Source: Eledone cirrhosa (lineage: Eukaryota). From it: 64,000 bases of DNA. Each line of letters begins with the position of its first letter. Position 1 is the stretch's first letter. Where the stretch lies: NCBI GenBank assembly GCA_964016885.1, contig OZ024756.1:21514001-21578000 (forward strand), in the 5' to 3' direction. The notes beneath the pieces are model-generated. The model had not been told where the DNA came from. It did no database searches and was given only the letters and a program-made list of their open reading frames with translations. Of the stretch, positions 42,291-54,960 are shown one piece after another. The position numbers were made by a program, and so were the translations under genes.

Positions 42291-44394
42291 ATATCACAAT
42301 GGCCACGTTGTTGCACTGATGACGCAATTATATCGATCAAATCACCTATATCAAGGAAGTCATATTTAGGTCAATATAGTTACAAGTTAACTATATAGAT
42401 CAGATCGTTATGTTGATCAAGACGCGATATTGTTCTGATCGCCACAATGATCAGGTCAATATATTGATTAGACCGATGTATTGGTCAGGCCAATTATTAC
42501 ATCGATTAGGTCTCTACTATACTGATAAGTAATATATATTTATGAGGAAGCTACACTGTTCAGTTCAATCAATAATTTGGAAACTCTTACTATATACAAA
42601 GGTCTTCTCTTTTAGAGATGATAGGGAATTTCCTGAGGAGAATCTTTAGATTTTTATATTTAGTAGATTGTTACTATACTACCGTAGTCTTGTGTATCAT
42701 CATTTCTGAAAGAACATGGAGAAAATGTGTCTTTTTTTCTATTTAATTCTTATTTTTACGTTCATATTTTGCAATGCATTGAACATGCTTAATTTTCTAA
42801 ACTTTAAATTTCGAAGCTGAGCAGAGAATTATATTTAAGAGGAGTGATAAGTTTCAGTTGCTCTTTAGCTTACGTATTACTACAAACATGGCGGCAAATT
42901 GGCTGAGTCAGTCATAGAATGATTTGCGTTATTCGTTTCGGTTCTCCTCTCTCTGTGTTCAAATCTCACCGAGATCAACTTTGCTTTTCAACAATTCGAG
43001 GTCGATCAAAGAAGCACCAGTCTAGTACTGGGGTCGATTCTTCGTCTATATCTCTTTATCAACTCCATTCTATCACACTCTCTTTTCTTCTCTGGAAAAA
43101 AATCTGTTGTATTCAGACCTGGAGAGGATTAGGCTCCACCAGGTTAAAAAATACCCTAGAAACGCCGTACATCAAAACAGCGCGCCTACGACTCCTCCGC
43201 CAGGAGTTACCGGCTCATACATACATGCATTACTACAAATATGATAAGTTGTTTGTGGTAGGAAGAGATGAGGTCTCTGCATTCTGTAGGTCAACTGAGT
43301 ATTGAGAGTTCCGCATTGTGAGCGCACAAAGATAATGTTTAGCTTGTTTGATTGTTTGAAAGGTAAGTCTTACATCGTTTAATCTGTAGCGTATCGAGGA
43401 CTGGAATGTGTTCTTCACGAGGTGATTTAACAAACTGCAGGAGTGTTTGATAGAATACTGGCAGCTATTTCGAACAGGTTAATGAAATTCGTAGACTACC
43501 GCTCATCGACTCAATTCTGAGTTCTTTTCGATCATATATGACCGGCGATAGGAGTTGTCCAAGTGTGTGGCATGGTGACAATATATGCAACCACACTATT
43601 CAAATTTCCCTAGATGTTAATTAGAATGTAATCGGTATCCCATTAATAGAAGCCAAATTTTAATTAATGACCATTTTGTTTAATTCTGGTGCTACGCCAA
43701 CAAGGAAATGCCGGATTACCGACATAAAACCGGGGATTTAACAACACCATAATCCCGTTAACAGCAGAATAGCTTTTAATTGTATTACTTTAAACGAGGA
43801 TTCATGCAAATCCTCGCCTTTATATTGAAAACATTAAAGAGACTAGATTGGATAATGTTGATTACTCATTCGAACTGTATAGGTAAAAGTGCGTATACAC
43901 ATTAAAGCTATATACGGATATATATTATAATAAAGTATTAATATAAATAGTGGTGTTCTCATGCGTGGAGAGGCTATAAAATAGCTTATTATACAGAGTT
44001 AAAACCTTTAAAGACGGGAAAAAAAGTTGCCATTAGCCGCTTCGTAGAATAATAAGAACCTACTTACTAAGCAGTTGAGATTAAGAAAAATAATATTCTA
44101 TACATTACCCGTGATTAAAGTAGTCCTTCCCATCATTTAAGCTAGTTTCTAGGCTTTGAAAACGAACTACATAGTATATCTTAGCTTCGCCTAATACAAC
44201 ATTAAGAAAGTATTTACGTCTCCGTCTTCAATGTGTATTTCTATAATCGCTTTGCCACGCGACCATGAACTTCTGGTAAAGTTGAATGAGCACCGTCATG
44301 ACATACGGCAAGTAATCGATCCCAGTTCTGGAATGGTAGTTTATTATCAACTCTGAAATGATGAAAGGCAATGCTCACCTCAGTGCGAACTGAA

Positions 44395-44995
44395 CACTGA
44401 GTGATGTGAGCCGGACAGTGAGAGCTCAACAGAAAAATGCTGTGAGCCGGACAGTGAGAGCCAACAGACAATGCTGTGAGCCGGACAGTGAGAGCTCAAC
44501 AGACAATGCTGTGAGCCGGACAGTGAGAGCTCAACAGACAATGCTGTGAGCCGGACAGTGCTAGCTGAACATACAAGGCCGTGAGCCGGACAGTGTGAGC
44601 TCAACATACAAGGCTGTGAGCCGGACAGTTATAGCTGAACACCCAATACTGTGAGTCGGACAGTGACATCTGAACGCAGAATGATGCAAACCGGACAGTG
44701 AGAGCTCAACAGACAATGCTGTGAGCCGGACAGTGCTAGCTGAACACACAAGGCCGTGAGCCGGACAGTGCTAGCTGAACATACAAGGCTGTGAGCCGGA
44801 CAGTTATAGCTGAACACCCAATACTGTGAGTCGGACAGCTGAACACAGAATGATGCAAACCGGACAGTGAGAGCTCAACAGACAATGCTGTAAGCTGGAC
44901 AGTTAGAGCTGAACACAGAATGATGCAAGTCGAACAATTTGAGCTGAACACACAATGCTGTGAGCCGGAAAATGATAGCTGAACACAGAATGATG
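44395..44995. repeat. 35-bp minisatellite, ~17 copies
   Basis: Unit gagccggacagtgagagctcaacagacaatgctgt and variants. Confidence 0.9.
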
Positions 44996-45299
44996 TGTAA
45001 ATATAGAAATAATTTATATCCAACCATCTTCCCTCTGGTCTAACATCGAAATCTCTCCTATGAGCTCTCCCCCGTGTCCACCTTCATCTCCTTTTATTCT
45101 TCTCTCTATTTTCATCCCACCCCCAGTACCATGTTACCCCAACCGACTTGCTAACAATCAGTCAACATCAAACAATATAACAAAGACCCTACATCGACAC
45201 AACCCACTGACTGGAAACATTGAAACTGCAAAATACAAAATACTAAAAGCAGCGTAAAAATCTAATAAAGAAAAAGGAAGGTGAGTGGATTCTGGCTGA

Positions 45300-47140
45300 T
45301 GGTAGTGGGTGTTGTTGTTGTTGTTGTTGGCGGTGGTGGTGGTTGTAGTGCTGGTGGTAGTGGTAGGTGATGTGGTGGTTGTTGTTGGCTGTGGTGATGT
45401 TGGTAGTAGGTTTTATTGCTGGCAGTGGTGGTGGGGGTAGTGCTGGTGGTGGTTGTTGTTGTGTTTTGGTTGTTGTTGTTGTTGTTGTTGTTGGCTGTAG
45501 TGATGGTGGTGGTCGTTGGTGATGTTGGTGGTTGTTGTTGGCGGCAATAGTGGGTGGTTGTTGTTGTTATTGCTGGTGATGATGGTAGTGTTGGCAGTGG
45601 TGGTGGGTGATGTTGGTGGTGGCGGTGGGTGATGTTGGTGGTTGTTGTTGGCGGCGGTAGTGATGGTGATGTTGGTAGTGGGTTTTGTTCTTGATGGTGG
45701 TAGTGGTGTTGGTTGTTGTCGGCGTTGGTGGTTGTTGTTGCTGTTGGTGGTGGTGGCGCTGATGGTAGTAGTGTTGGTGTTGTTGGTTGTTGGTGGCGGT
45801 GATGGTCGTAGTAGTGGTGGTGGTTGTTGGTAGTGCCGTTGGTAGTGCTGTTGGCGGTGGTTGTGGCAGTGGTGGTGATAGTACTGTTGGTTGTTGGTGG
45901 CGGTGATGGTAGTGGTTGCTGGTTGTTGTTCGCAGTGTTAGCGGTGGTGGTAGTGTTGGTAGTGGTGGTGGGTGAAGCTGGTTGGTTGTTGTTGGTAGTA
46001 GTAGTAGTGGTTGTTTGTTGTTGGTGGTGGTGGTGGTGGTTGGTTGTTGGCGGTGGTGGTGATAGTGTAGTTGGTTGTTGTTGGCGGTGGTGGTGATAGT
46101 GTAGTTGGTTGTTGTTGGCGGTGGTAGTGATAGTGCAGTTGGTTGTTGTTGGCGGTGGTGGTGGCAGTGCCGTTGGTAGTGTTGGTGTTTCTAATTTTAT
46201 GTATATTGTTAGTTTTGGTGTTTAGGTAACCAAATATATCATTTGTGTGGGAGAGACATTTATTGTTTATCCTATAACACATGGCCGACAACTGCCTACA
46301 TGTTATGCCTCCTCCTCCTTTCTTTCTCCAAGTACATACACACATGCATCCAAACACACTCACACATTCACACACACACATATATATATATATATATACA
46401 CACGTACTAACAGTTTCTCCCTCACACCTGCTCCTATGTCTTATATTAATCTCTCATTCTCTCAGCCTTTCTTTTTCTCTTTCTCTCTCTCTCTTTCAAT
46501 CTTTCTCTATCTTTCTCTCCCTCTCTTTCTCTCCCTCTCTTTCTCTCCCTCCCCCTCTCTCCCTCTCCCCCTTTATCTCCCTCCTCCCTCTCCCCCTCTC
46601 CCCCTTTCTCTCCACCCTCTCTCCCTCTTTCTCTCCACCCTCTCTCCCTCTCGCCTTCCCCCTCTCTCTCTCACACTCTCTCTCACACTCTCACACTCTC
46701 ACACTCACTCACTCACTCACACACTCACTCACTCACTCACTCGCTTTTCTCTCTGTCTCTCTTTCTCACCCTCGCTTATCTATTTTTTCTTTAAATCAAT
46801 CATAGATTCTTATGGCATTCTCTCTCTCCCCTCCTCTCTCTCTCTCTTTGTGTCACTCCTCCCCTCTCTCTCTTTGTGTCACCCCCTCACTCGCTTTTCC
46901 TTATATATTCCCATAATTTCTCTCTAATTCTTTTCATTCAAATCTTTCCTTCGCCAACGTCTCTCTACGTTAGTATCTCTTCCTTTCTTCTTTTTCTTCC
47001 CTTCTTTTTCTTCCCTTCTTTTTCTTCTTTTTCTTCTTTTTCTTTTTCTTCTTTTTCCTTTTCTTCTTTTTCCTTTTCTTCTTTTTCTTATTTTTCCTCC
47101 TTTTCCCCTCTTCCTCACTCTTCTTCTTTTTCTTCTCCAT
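45300..47140. repeat. (GTT/GGT)n, (CT)n and (CTTTT)n low-complexity sequence
   Basis: Direct reading. Confidence 0.9.
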
Positions 47141-47432
47141 CAACAACATCATCACTATCATCATAACACACACACATAGTTTCACAGAACACCCTCCCCC
47201 CGCCCCACACACCACATATGTCTAAAGTGTTTGTTTCTCAAAATTCTTCAACTGAAAACATGTGTTGAAAGAGTTATTGTATTTGGTTATGGTCACAATG
47301 TCAAAAATACCACCAGAACTGGTTGTAGTTCACTTCTCTATTAATTAATTGCTTAACCCATGTCTCAACCTGTTTCTTTCTCTCTCTCTATATATATATA
47401 TACATATATGTGTGTGCGTGTGTATATATATA

Positions 47433-47467
<35 letters not shown>

Positions 47468-47494
47468 GTGTGTGTGTATATATATATATATATA

Positions 47495-47537
<43 letters not shown>

Positions 47538-47732
47538 ATATATATATATATATATGTGTGTGTGTATATATATATATATATGTGTGTGTGTATATATATA
47601 TATGTGTGTGTATATATATATGTGTGTGTATATATATATGTGTGTGTGTGTATATATGTGTGTGTGTGTATATGTATGTGTGTGTGTGTATATATGTGTG
47701 TGTGTATATATGTATATATGTGTGTGTGTGTG

Positions 47733-47765
<33 letters not shown>

Positions 47766-48066
47766 ATATATATTTATGTAGTATTATTTCCAATGAGATA
47801 TTCCAATGACATATCTATATGTCTATATATATATATATATATATTTCTGTAGCATTATTTCCAATGAGATATTCCAATGATAGATATATCTATATATATA
47901 TATATAGATATATCACCAACACCCCACTCTCCAGAGCGTGAAATTAATAAACATTCGTTGTACTGCCTCTCTGTTTTGTCCCTGTTCAAATTTTTCCATT
48001 ATATATATATATATATATATTTCTGTAGTATTTTTTCCAATGAGATATTCCAATGACATATCTATA

Positions 48067-48104
<38 letters not shown>

Positions 48105-48111
<7 letters not shown>

Positions 48112-48720
48112 AAAAAGAGATGAAATCGAAAATGCAACTGGAGTCTTATTTTTAAAAAAAAATATATATATTTATTTGGTTCCTTTACCGGTTTCGCAGT
48201 TCTTCTGCTTTTCAAAAGGTGAGTTGAGATGGAGGGTCTGTGGTTTTTCTCACATCTGGTTGGTCTCTGAATGTTACTTGTTTTATATGGAAAAAGTGGC
48301 TCGAAATGCCAGGTTTTTCGAGAAGTAATTTGATTGGTTTGTCAATAATTATAATAAATTTCGCGCCAGTTCGCGTTACAATAGTTCTTCAAATAAGAGG
48401 GGGGGTTGTCACAGGTTGTTTTTTCATATATGAGTGTTTGAATTTCTTTTTACTTGAAAAAAGGAGGCTCACGAAGGTTTTTTTTGGGTTGGAAAAAATG
48501 AAAAAATGAAAAAATGAAATTATGGCTGTCACGTGAACAAATTTTCATTAAATTTTTGTGCCCTTATTTGGAAATCCATTCTCTAGCCTTTTTTAGAGAA
48601 TTTTTTGATAAAAAGATAATGGTCAAGAGAAAGGGATGGAAGAATTGTTCTGGTTCAGTTAATATGGTTAGTTCGCTGGGGTGTCAGAATTTAGATTTTC
48701 TATTGAATAAAGAAAGTAAA
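48105..48720 (-). mobile_element. Family E PLE-like 3' fragment with U3-A8 HHR (48182-48219)
   Basis: Near-identical to the 21589-21737 arm and extends ~460 bp further; sits inside a (TA)-containing minisatellite. Confidence 0.75.
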
Positions 48721-48817
48721 GATATGTGTGTTTATGTGTGTGCTTGTGTGTGTGTGTGCGTGTGTGTGTTTGAATTTCTTTACTTTAGAAACAGGTGGCT
48801 CACGAAGGCTTTTTTTT

Positions 48818-48866
<49 letters not shown>

Positions 48867-48910
48867 CTGTAGTATTTTTTCCAATAAGATATTCCAATGA
48901 CATATCTATA

Positions 48911-48973
<63 letters not shown>

Positions 48974-49515
48974 CTGTAGTATTTTTTCCAATGAGATATT
49001 CCAATGATATATCTATATGTCTATATATATATATATATATTTCTGTAGCATTATTTCCAATGAGATATTCCAATGATATATCTATGTCTATATATAAATA
49101 TATATGTTTCTGTAGTATTTCAAATGAGATATTCGTTTTCTGGGTTTTATATATATATTTTGATGTTAGTAGTTCTGGCCGTCATAACCATATGGTCCGT
49201 GAGTCCATGTATGCAAGTATATGTAAGTATGTTACCTATGTGTACGAATGTGAAGGTGTATTTATTTATTTATAATTTCAATAGTAATAATATAAGTTCC
49301 GTAAATAGTGCAGCCTTCACTACTCGCAGTTGCGACATTACTACCACTTGACCTTTTAAAACACAACTTTTGAAAACATTTTGAAAGTTTACTTACATCT
49401 CTCTCCATGACAACGCTAACCCCAAATCATATATTGGAATATATATATATGTATATTGTAACGAGTCGAGACTCGATTGATGAGGTCTTGCCGTTTCAAC
49501 AACTAGCTCCAGACG

Positions 49516-49561
<46 letters not shown>

Positions 49562-49565
<4 letters not shown>

Positions 49566-49937
49566 TTTCTGAATTTGTTTAGCACGATTCTTTATCTGAA
49601 ATCGTGTGTTGAAACCGATATTGTTATACTTTGGGAGGGTCATGTTGCCAATAAGAAACACACGCACCAGTTGCTTTCACTTCAATTTATTATATATTTA
49701 TAAATTTATAAATTTACAAATCTACAAACTTATAAATTTCTGGTTGGTTGGATGGTTCCACAACCAGATAGTTGTTTATATATAGTCATAGTCCTTTCGT
49801 CACACACTATGTGACCTCTTCAGTGACTGGGGATTCCTTTCTTTGTTTCTGTGCCTTTCCTTTCTTCTATCCTACGCCATTTTGTTTCTGTGTGTGTTTC
49901 TTATTGGCAACATGACCCTCCCAAAGTATAACAATAT
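49562..49937 (-). mobile_element. Family C element with canonical HHR (49785-49827) and a short inverted arm
   Basis: gtca-CTGAAGA-g gtcacat agt gtgtgac-GAAA-ggac-TA-tgac; inverted segment 49889-49937. Confidence 0.75.
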
Positions 49938-50281
49938 ATATATATATATAAAGATATTCATTTAACAATGAAAATAATAAGTGATGATATAAACTATATC
50001 TCTTTCGTTCATTACTATTATTATCATAAAGCTCCAGATAAATACTCTCTATTGAGTGCTTCGTATCTGTTATACACATAAGTCAGTTGATTACATATCA
50101 ACTAAGTCTTTAACCCTTTGTTTATATATACATACATATATATATATATAAAACATTGACTGCAAGTTAAATTAAATATAGGGATATAAAATATACGGAA
50201 GCGAAAACCAACCGAAACTAAACAGTGGGTTTATTATATATTTCTGGCAATATTATAATATGACAATCCCTAAATATTGCA

Positions 50282-50334
<53 letters not shown>

Positions 50335-50336
50335 TA

Positions 50337-50529
50337 TAGGAAAAGAATCAGGACCCCGACAGCTGAGCTCCGGCCATTTCGACAGCTAGCTCTTGTTCGA
50401 ATCTAGCTTTCGAAAAGGCCGGAGCTCAGCCGTCGGGGTCCTGACTCTTTTCCTATTACCCACTCTACTACCCATGTATCGAGTACTCTGGTGCGTTATG
50501 ATCCAGCTAGTTTCTTACCACACTTTCTT

Positions 50530-50572
<43 letters not shown>

Positions 50573-50792
50573 GAAGGGAGTGTGGTAAAGAACGAGGTGG
50601 ACCATAACGCACCAGAGTACTCAATACTTTGGGTAGTAGAGTGGGTAATAGGAAAAGGTTCAGCACCCCGACAGCAGATCTCAAGCCGTTTCGACGGCTA
50701 TTTCTGGACTAAATATCAATTTTTATTTGAATTTAGTCCAGAAATAGCCGTCTAAACGCTTTGAGCTCTGCTGTCAGGGTCCTGAACCTTTT

Positions 50793-50795
<3 letters not shown>
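50337..50795. mobile_element. Two family B fold-back elements, tail-to-tail across one (TA)n tract
   Basis: 50337-50535 (+) and 50570-50795 (-), homologous to 7916-8107. Confidence 0.75.
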
Positions 50796-50843
<48 letters not shown>

Positions 50844-51232
50844 GACCATTCAATATCTCATTAGAGGATACCACATATCTTTCTCCAAATATATTTGATC
50901 CTTGAAAGTCACAAGATCTATTACGTTTAGGTTTATTATGTAGTTGTTAATACCGGGTTCTGTACGTCACCGTATAAACAGTATTTTCCAGTAGAAAATG
51001 ATGCCATCACCCTGTTTAAATGAAAAGCAGGCAATTTTCTATCGTGTTCAACATTGATTGAATAAAAGATCGTAATTAGTTAATTTTGGCTGATGTTCTG
51101 TGAAACTTCTACTTTGAAATATTACATGATCAATCACATAATTTATATTTTCAAATGGACAAATAATATTTAGCATAAACACAAATATCATTGATTCCAA
51201 ATTTATCATTGCATATTTACCCTATTTTTAAT

Positions 51233-51289
<57 letters not shown>

Positions 51290-52594
51290 ATGTGTATAGG
51301 TGTGTGTGTGTGTATAGGTGTGAGTGTATAGGTGTGTATATAGAAATATATGAACACGTGTACACATAAAAAAAACTCACCGGTGTATATATATATATAT
51401 ATATATAGTTAGATAGATGTGCGTGATGGAAATATAATCTTTATATTGTAGCCATTATCGATTGCTTTAGAAAACTTCAACTCTCGAACTATGTATATTG
51501 ATCAATTAATATCGATTTGTTTGATAGACTACGAAATAAATTGATAAATTAAAAAAATATATTTAGAAGAAAAACTCTCACAAAAAAAAAAAAACGCCAA
51601 ATTTGTTTATTTAATTTTTTTCGTGAATTAGAATATTTTTAATGCATTTTTTTAAATATTGCTTACATAGCTGTGAATTGCCAAATTGGTAAAGCATTAT
51701 TTTCGGTCTTGCATTATTTTCCTATGCTTTTAGAGGTTGTTCGTAGTTATTTTCATATCCTTGTCATCTCTGATCCAGAAAATCTATTATGAAAATTGTT
51801 CCAGTCATGAATATATTTATCGTTTTATCATGTGGTAAGGAAATCAGAGACTGATAAGGAGATGCTTCTAAAGTTAGCCGAGACCGAGCTTGTTATTTTA
51901 AACATCCCGAACGATAAACTATATCACTCAAGAAGAGCACAAGGTTAAATGAAATCAGAAAGACAAGGGCGGGCTCAAATGCATGAACATTCTCTCTAAC
52001 AGCTTAATGCTTTCGTAAGTCCATTTCCCTAGACTTCTATTTTATTTAGAGAATCCTGGAAAGCAAATCAATCTCTGTGGCATTTGAACTTTGATCACAA
52101 GCATTGGATATACCTAGCATCCAATCTTTTTCTTGCATTTTCAAGTATCAGTATATCATATCTTGGACTATTTGATCCTGCATTGTGTGTCCTTTTAAAT
52201 CACAAGGTCTGCTGCAATTGTTATATGACGGATGCAGTCATCGTGAGAATTGCTTCAACAAACTCCTTCGACTTTGATCATAAAGTACGTTTTTTTTATT
52301 ATTTCAAGTTTGAATTTTGTAGGAAAGTAACGGACGAGAGTAACGTGCTAATCTTTAGTGAGCTGTTGAAAGGTAGACATTCGAATTAAAAAAGAAGAGA
52401 TTGAAAGGACCTGCTCCCAGCATGCCCCTGTGAGCCGGATAATGCAGCTAAGTTAGGTTACATATCTTTGATATTTAGTAGATTTCCATGAATGGCGGAA
52501 GGGGCTTGCTCATATTGGAACATTTCATTCCATTTTCTTTTGTATTCAAGTCTTCATTCTTGTTTTTACATAGACATTTCTATTATTCCCTTTA

Positions 52595-53130
52595 AATTCT
52601 GAGTTCAAATCCCGCCGAGGTTGGTTTTGTCGTTCAGCTTTACAGGGTCAATAAAATAAAGCACCAGTAATGTACTAGGTCGATTTAATCGACTTCCTCT
52701 CCCCTTCAAATTTCTGGCCTTGTGCCTATAATAGAAATCATTATGGCAGTATCGGTAGAGGGTCGGACGCCATGCTTTGCCACGAAGAGTTACGGCTTGC
52801 CAATCTGAGTTCAAATCCCGCCAAGGTTAACTTTGCCATTCATCCTTATCGGGTTATAAAATAAAGTACCAGTCACGCAGTGAGGTCGATTTAATCGACT
52901 TTCCCCTCCCCCAAATTGATGACCTTGTGTCTATATAAGAAACCATTATATCGGTAGAGAGTTGGACGCCATGCTTTGCGGCAAAGAGTTACGGCCCTTT
53001 ATAGTCTGAGTTCAAACACCGCCGAGGTTAACTTTGCTTTTCATCCTTACAGGGTCGATAAAATAAAGTACCAGTAATACACTGGATAATTGCTGGCCTT
53101 GTGCCAAAAGTAGGAACAATTATTATTATT
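52595..53130 (+). mobile_element. Three tandem S1 SINEs
   Basis: Three successive ctgagttcaaa..gaggtt..cttgtg units. Confidence 0.85.
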
Positions 53131-53920
53131 GTAGTCGTTGTTGGTGTTGGTGTTGTCGGTGTTGTTGTTGTTGGTGTTGTTGTTATCGTTGTTGTTGTTG
53201 TTGCCGTTAATGTTATTAATGGTGCTGTTGTTGTTGTGGTTATTGTTGTTGTTCTTGTTATTGTTGTTGTTTTTGTTATTGTTGTTGTTGTCGTTATTAT
53301 TATTATTGGTGGTGTTATTGTTATTAATGGGGCTGTTGTTGTTATTGTTGTGGTTATTGTTGGTGCTGTTGTTGTTGTCATTGTTATTAATAGTGAGGTT
53401 GTTGTTGTTATTGTTTTTGTTGTCGTTATTGTTGTTGTCGTTATTGTTATTAATAGTACTGTTGTTGTTGTTGTTATTGTTATTGTTATGGTGCTGTTGT
53501 GGTTGCTGTTGTTGTTGTTAATGGTGCTGTTGTGGTTGTTGTTGTTGTTAATGGTGCGGTTGTGGTTTTTGTTGTTGTTGATGTTATTGTTATTAGTGGT
53601 GCTGTTGTTGTTGTCGTTGTCGTTGTTGTCGTTGTCGTTATTGTTGTTGTCGTTATTGTTATTGGTGCTGTTGTGGTTGTTGTTGTCGTTATTGTATATT
53701 GGTGCTGCTGTTGTTGTTGTTGTCGTCGTTGTTGTTATTGGTGCTGTTGTGGTTGTTGTTGTTGTTGTCGTTATTTTTACTGGTGCTACTGTTGTGGTTG
53801 TTATCGTTATTGTTGTTGTCGTTGTTGTTGTGGTTGTTGTTGTTGTCGTTATTTTTACTGGTGCTACTGTTGTGGTTGTTGTTGTTGTCGTTGTTGTTGT
53901 TGTCGTTGCTGTTGTTTGTG
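53131..53920. repeat. (GTT)n-rich repeat
   Basis: Direct reading. Confidence 0.95.
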
Positions 53921-54306
53921 CAGTTCAAGACAAAAGAGTAATATCTATATATGGTTAAAGCTTGTAGACAAAAATAACGTTATTTGGAACGGTGCCAAAT
54001 AAATCCCAATAACATCTATAGAATACCCTGGTATGTGTGTGTTGTGTGTGTGTATGTTGTGTGTGTGTGTGTGTGTATAAGCGTAATTGTTGTTATACAT
54101 TGTTGTTAGATGTGTGCCCCGAAACACAAAAGTAATCTTTCTCTCCCTTATATATATATATATGTATGTATATGTATATATATATATGTATGTATATGTA
54201 TATATATATGTATGTATATGTATATATATATGTATGTATATGTATATATATATGTATGTATATGTATATATATATATATATATATGTATATACATATATA
54301 TGTATG

Positions 54307-54351
<45 letters not shown>

Positions 54352-54915
54352 GTATATATATATATGTATGTGTATATATATGTATGTGTATATATATATA
54401 TATGTATATATGTAAATGTATGTATATATATATATGTATGTGTATATATATATATATGTATATATGTAAATGTATGTATATATATATATGTATGTATATA
54501 TATATGTATGTATGTATATATGAATATATATCTATATATGTGTATATATATGTATGTATATATGAATATATATCTATATATGTGTATATATATCTATATA
54601 TGTATATATGTATATATGTATGAAAACAAATAACGAAACGAAATTAAATTTCGTTTCATTTGTAACTCACTTTTGTATGACTGACGCTTAAACAATTAAG
54701 TTAAAGATGTACATCCATATATGTATACTGAAATACTAGCATGTATATGAATACACACACGTATACATATGTAGATGTACCAAGTTTTTTCACTGGTCAC
54801 TTTACTGTGAGTGGCCAGCTATTCTGTATGTAAACACACAGACAAACCGGTTTTTAGAGTCATACTGGTTTTTGAGGAAACACCTTTCCTCTATTCACCA
54901 GAAAGCCAGACAAGG

Positions 54916-54960
54916 AATATTGAACTAGTTTCGTTGTTGTTACAACTCATCAGCAATATT
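54916..54960 (-). ncRNA. Type I hammerhead, array unit 1 (repeated at 55383, 55850, 56317, 56783, 57251, 57719)
   Basis: aatattg-CTGATGA-gttgt aaca acaac-GAAA-ctag-TT-caatatt: 7-bp stem I, 5-bp stem II, palindromic ACTAGT stem III, GUU site. Confidence 0.85.

Noticed and set aside
44395-44995. CRISPR-like periodicity
   Set aside because: Contiguous 35-bp units without unique spacers, in a eukaryotic context with no cas genes
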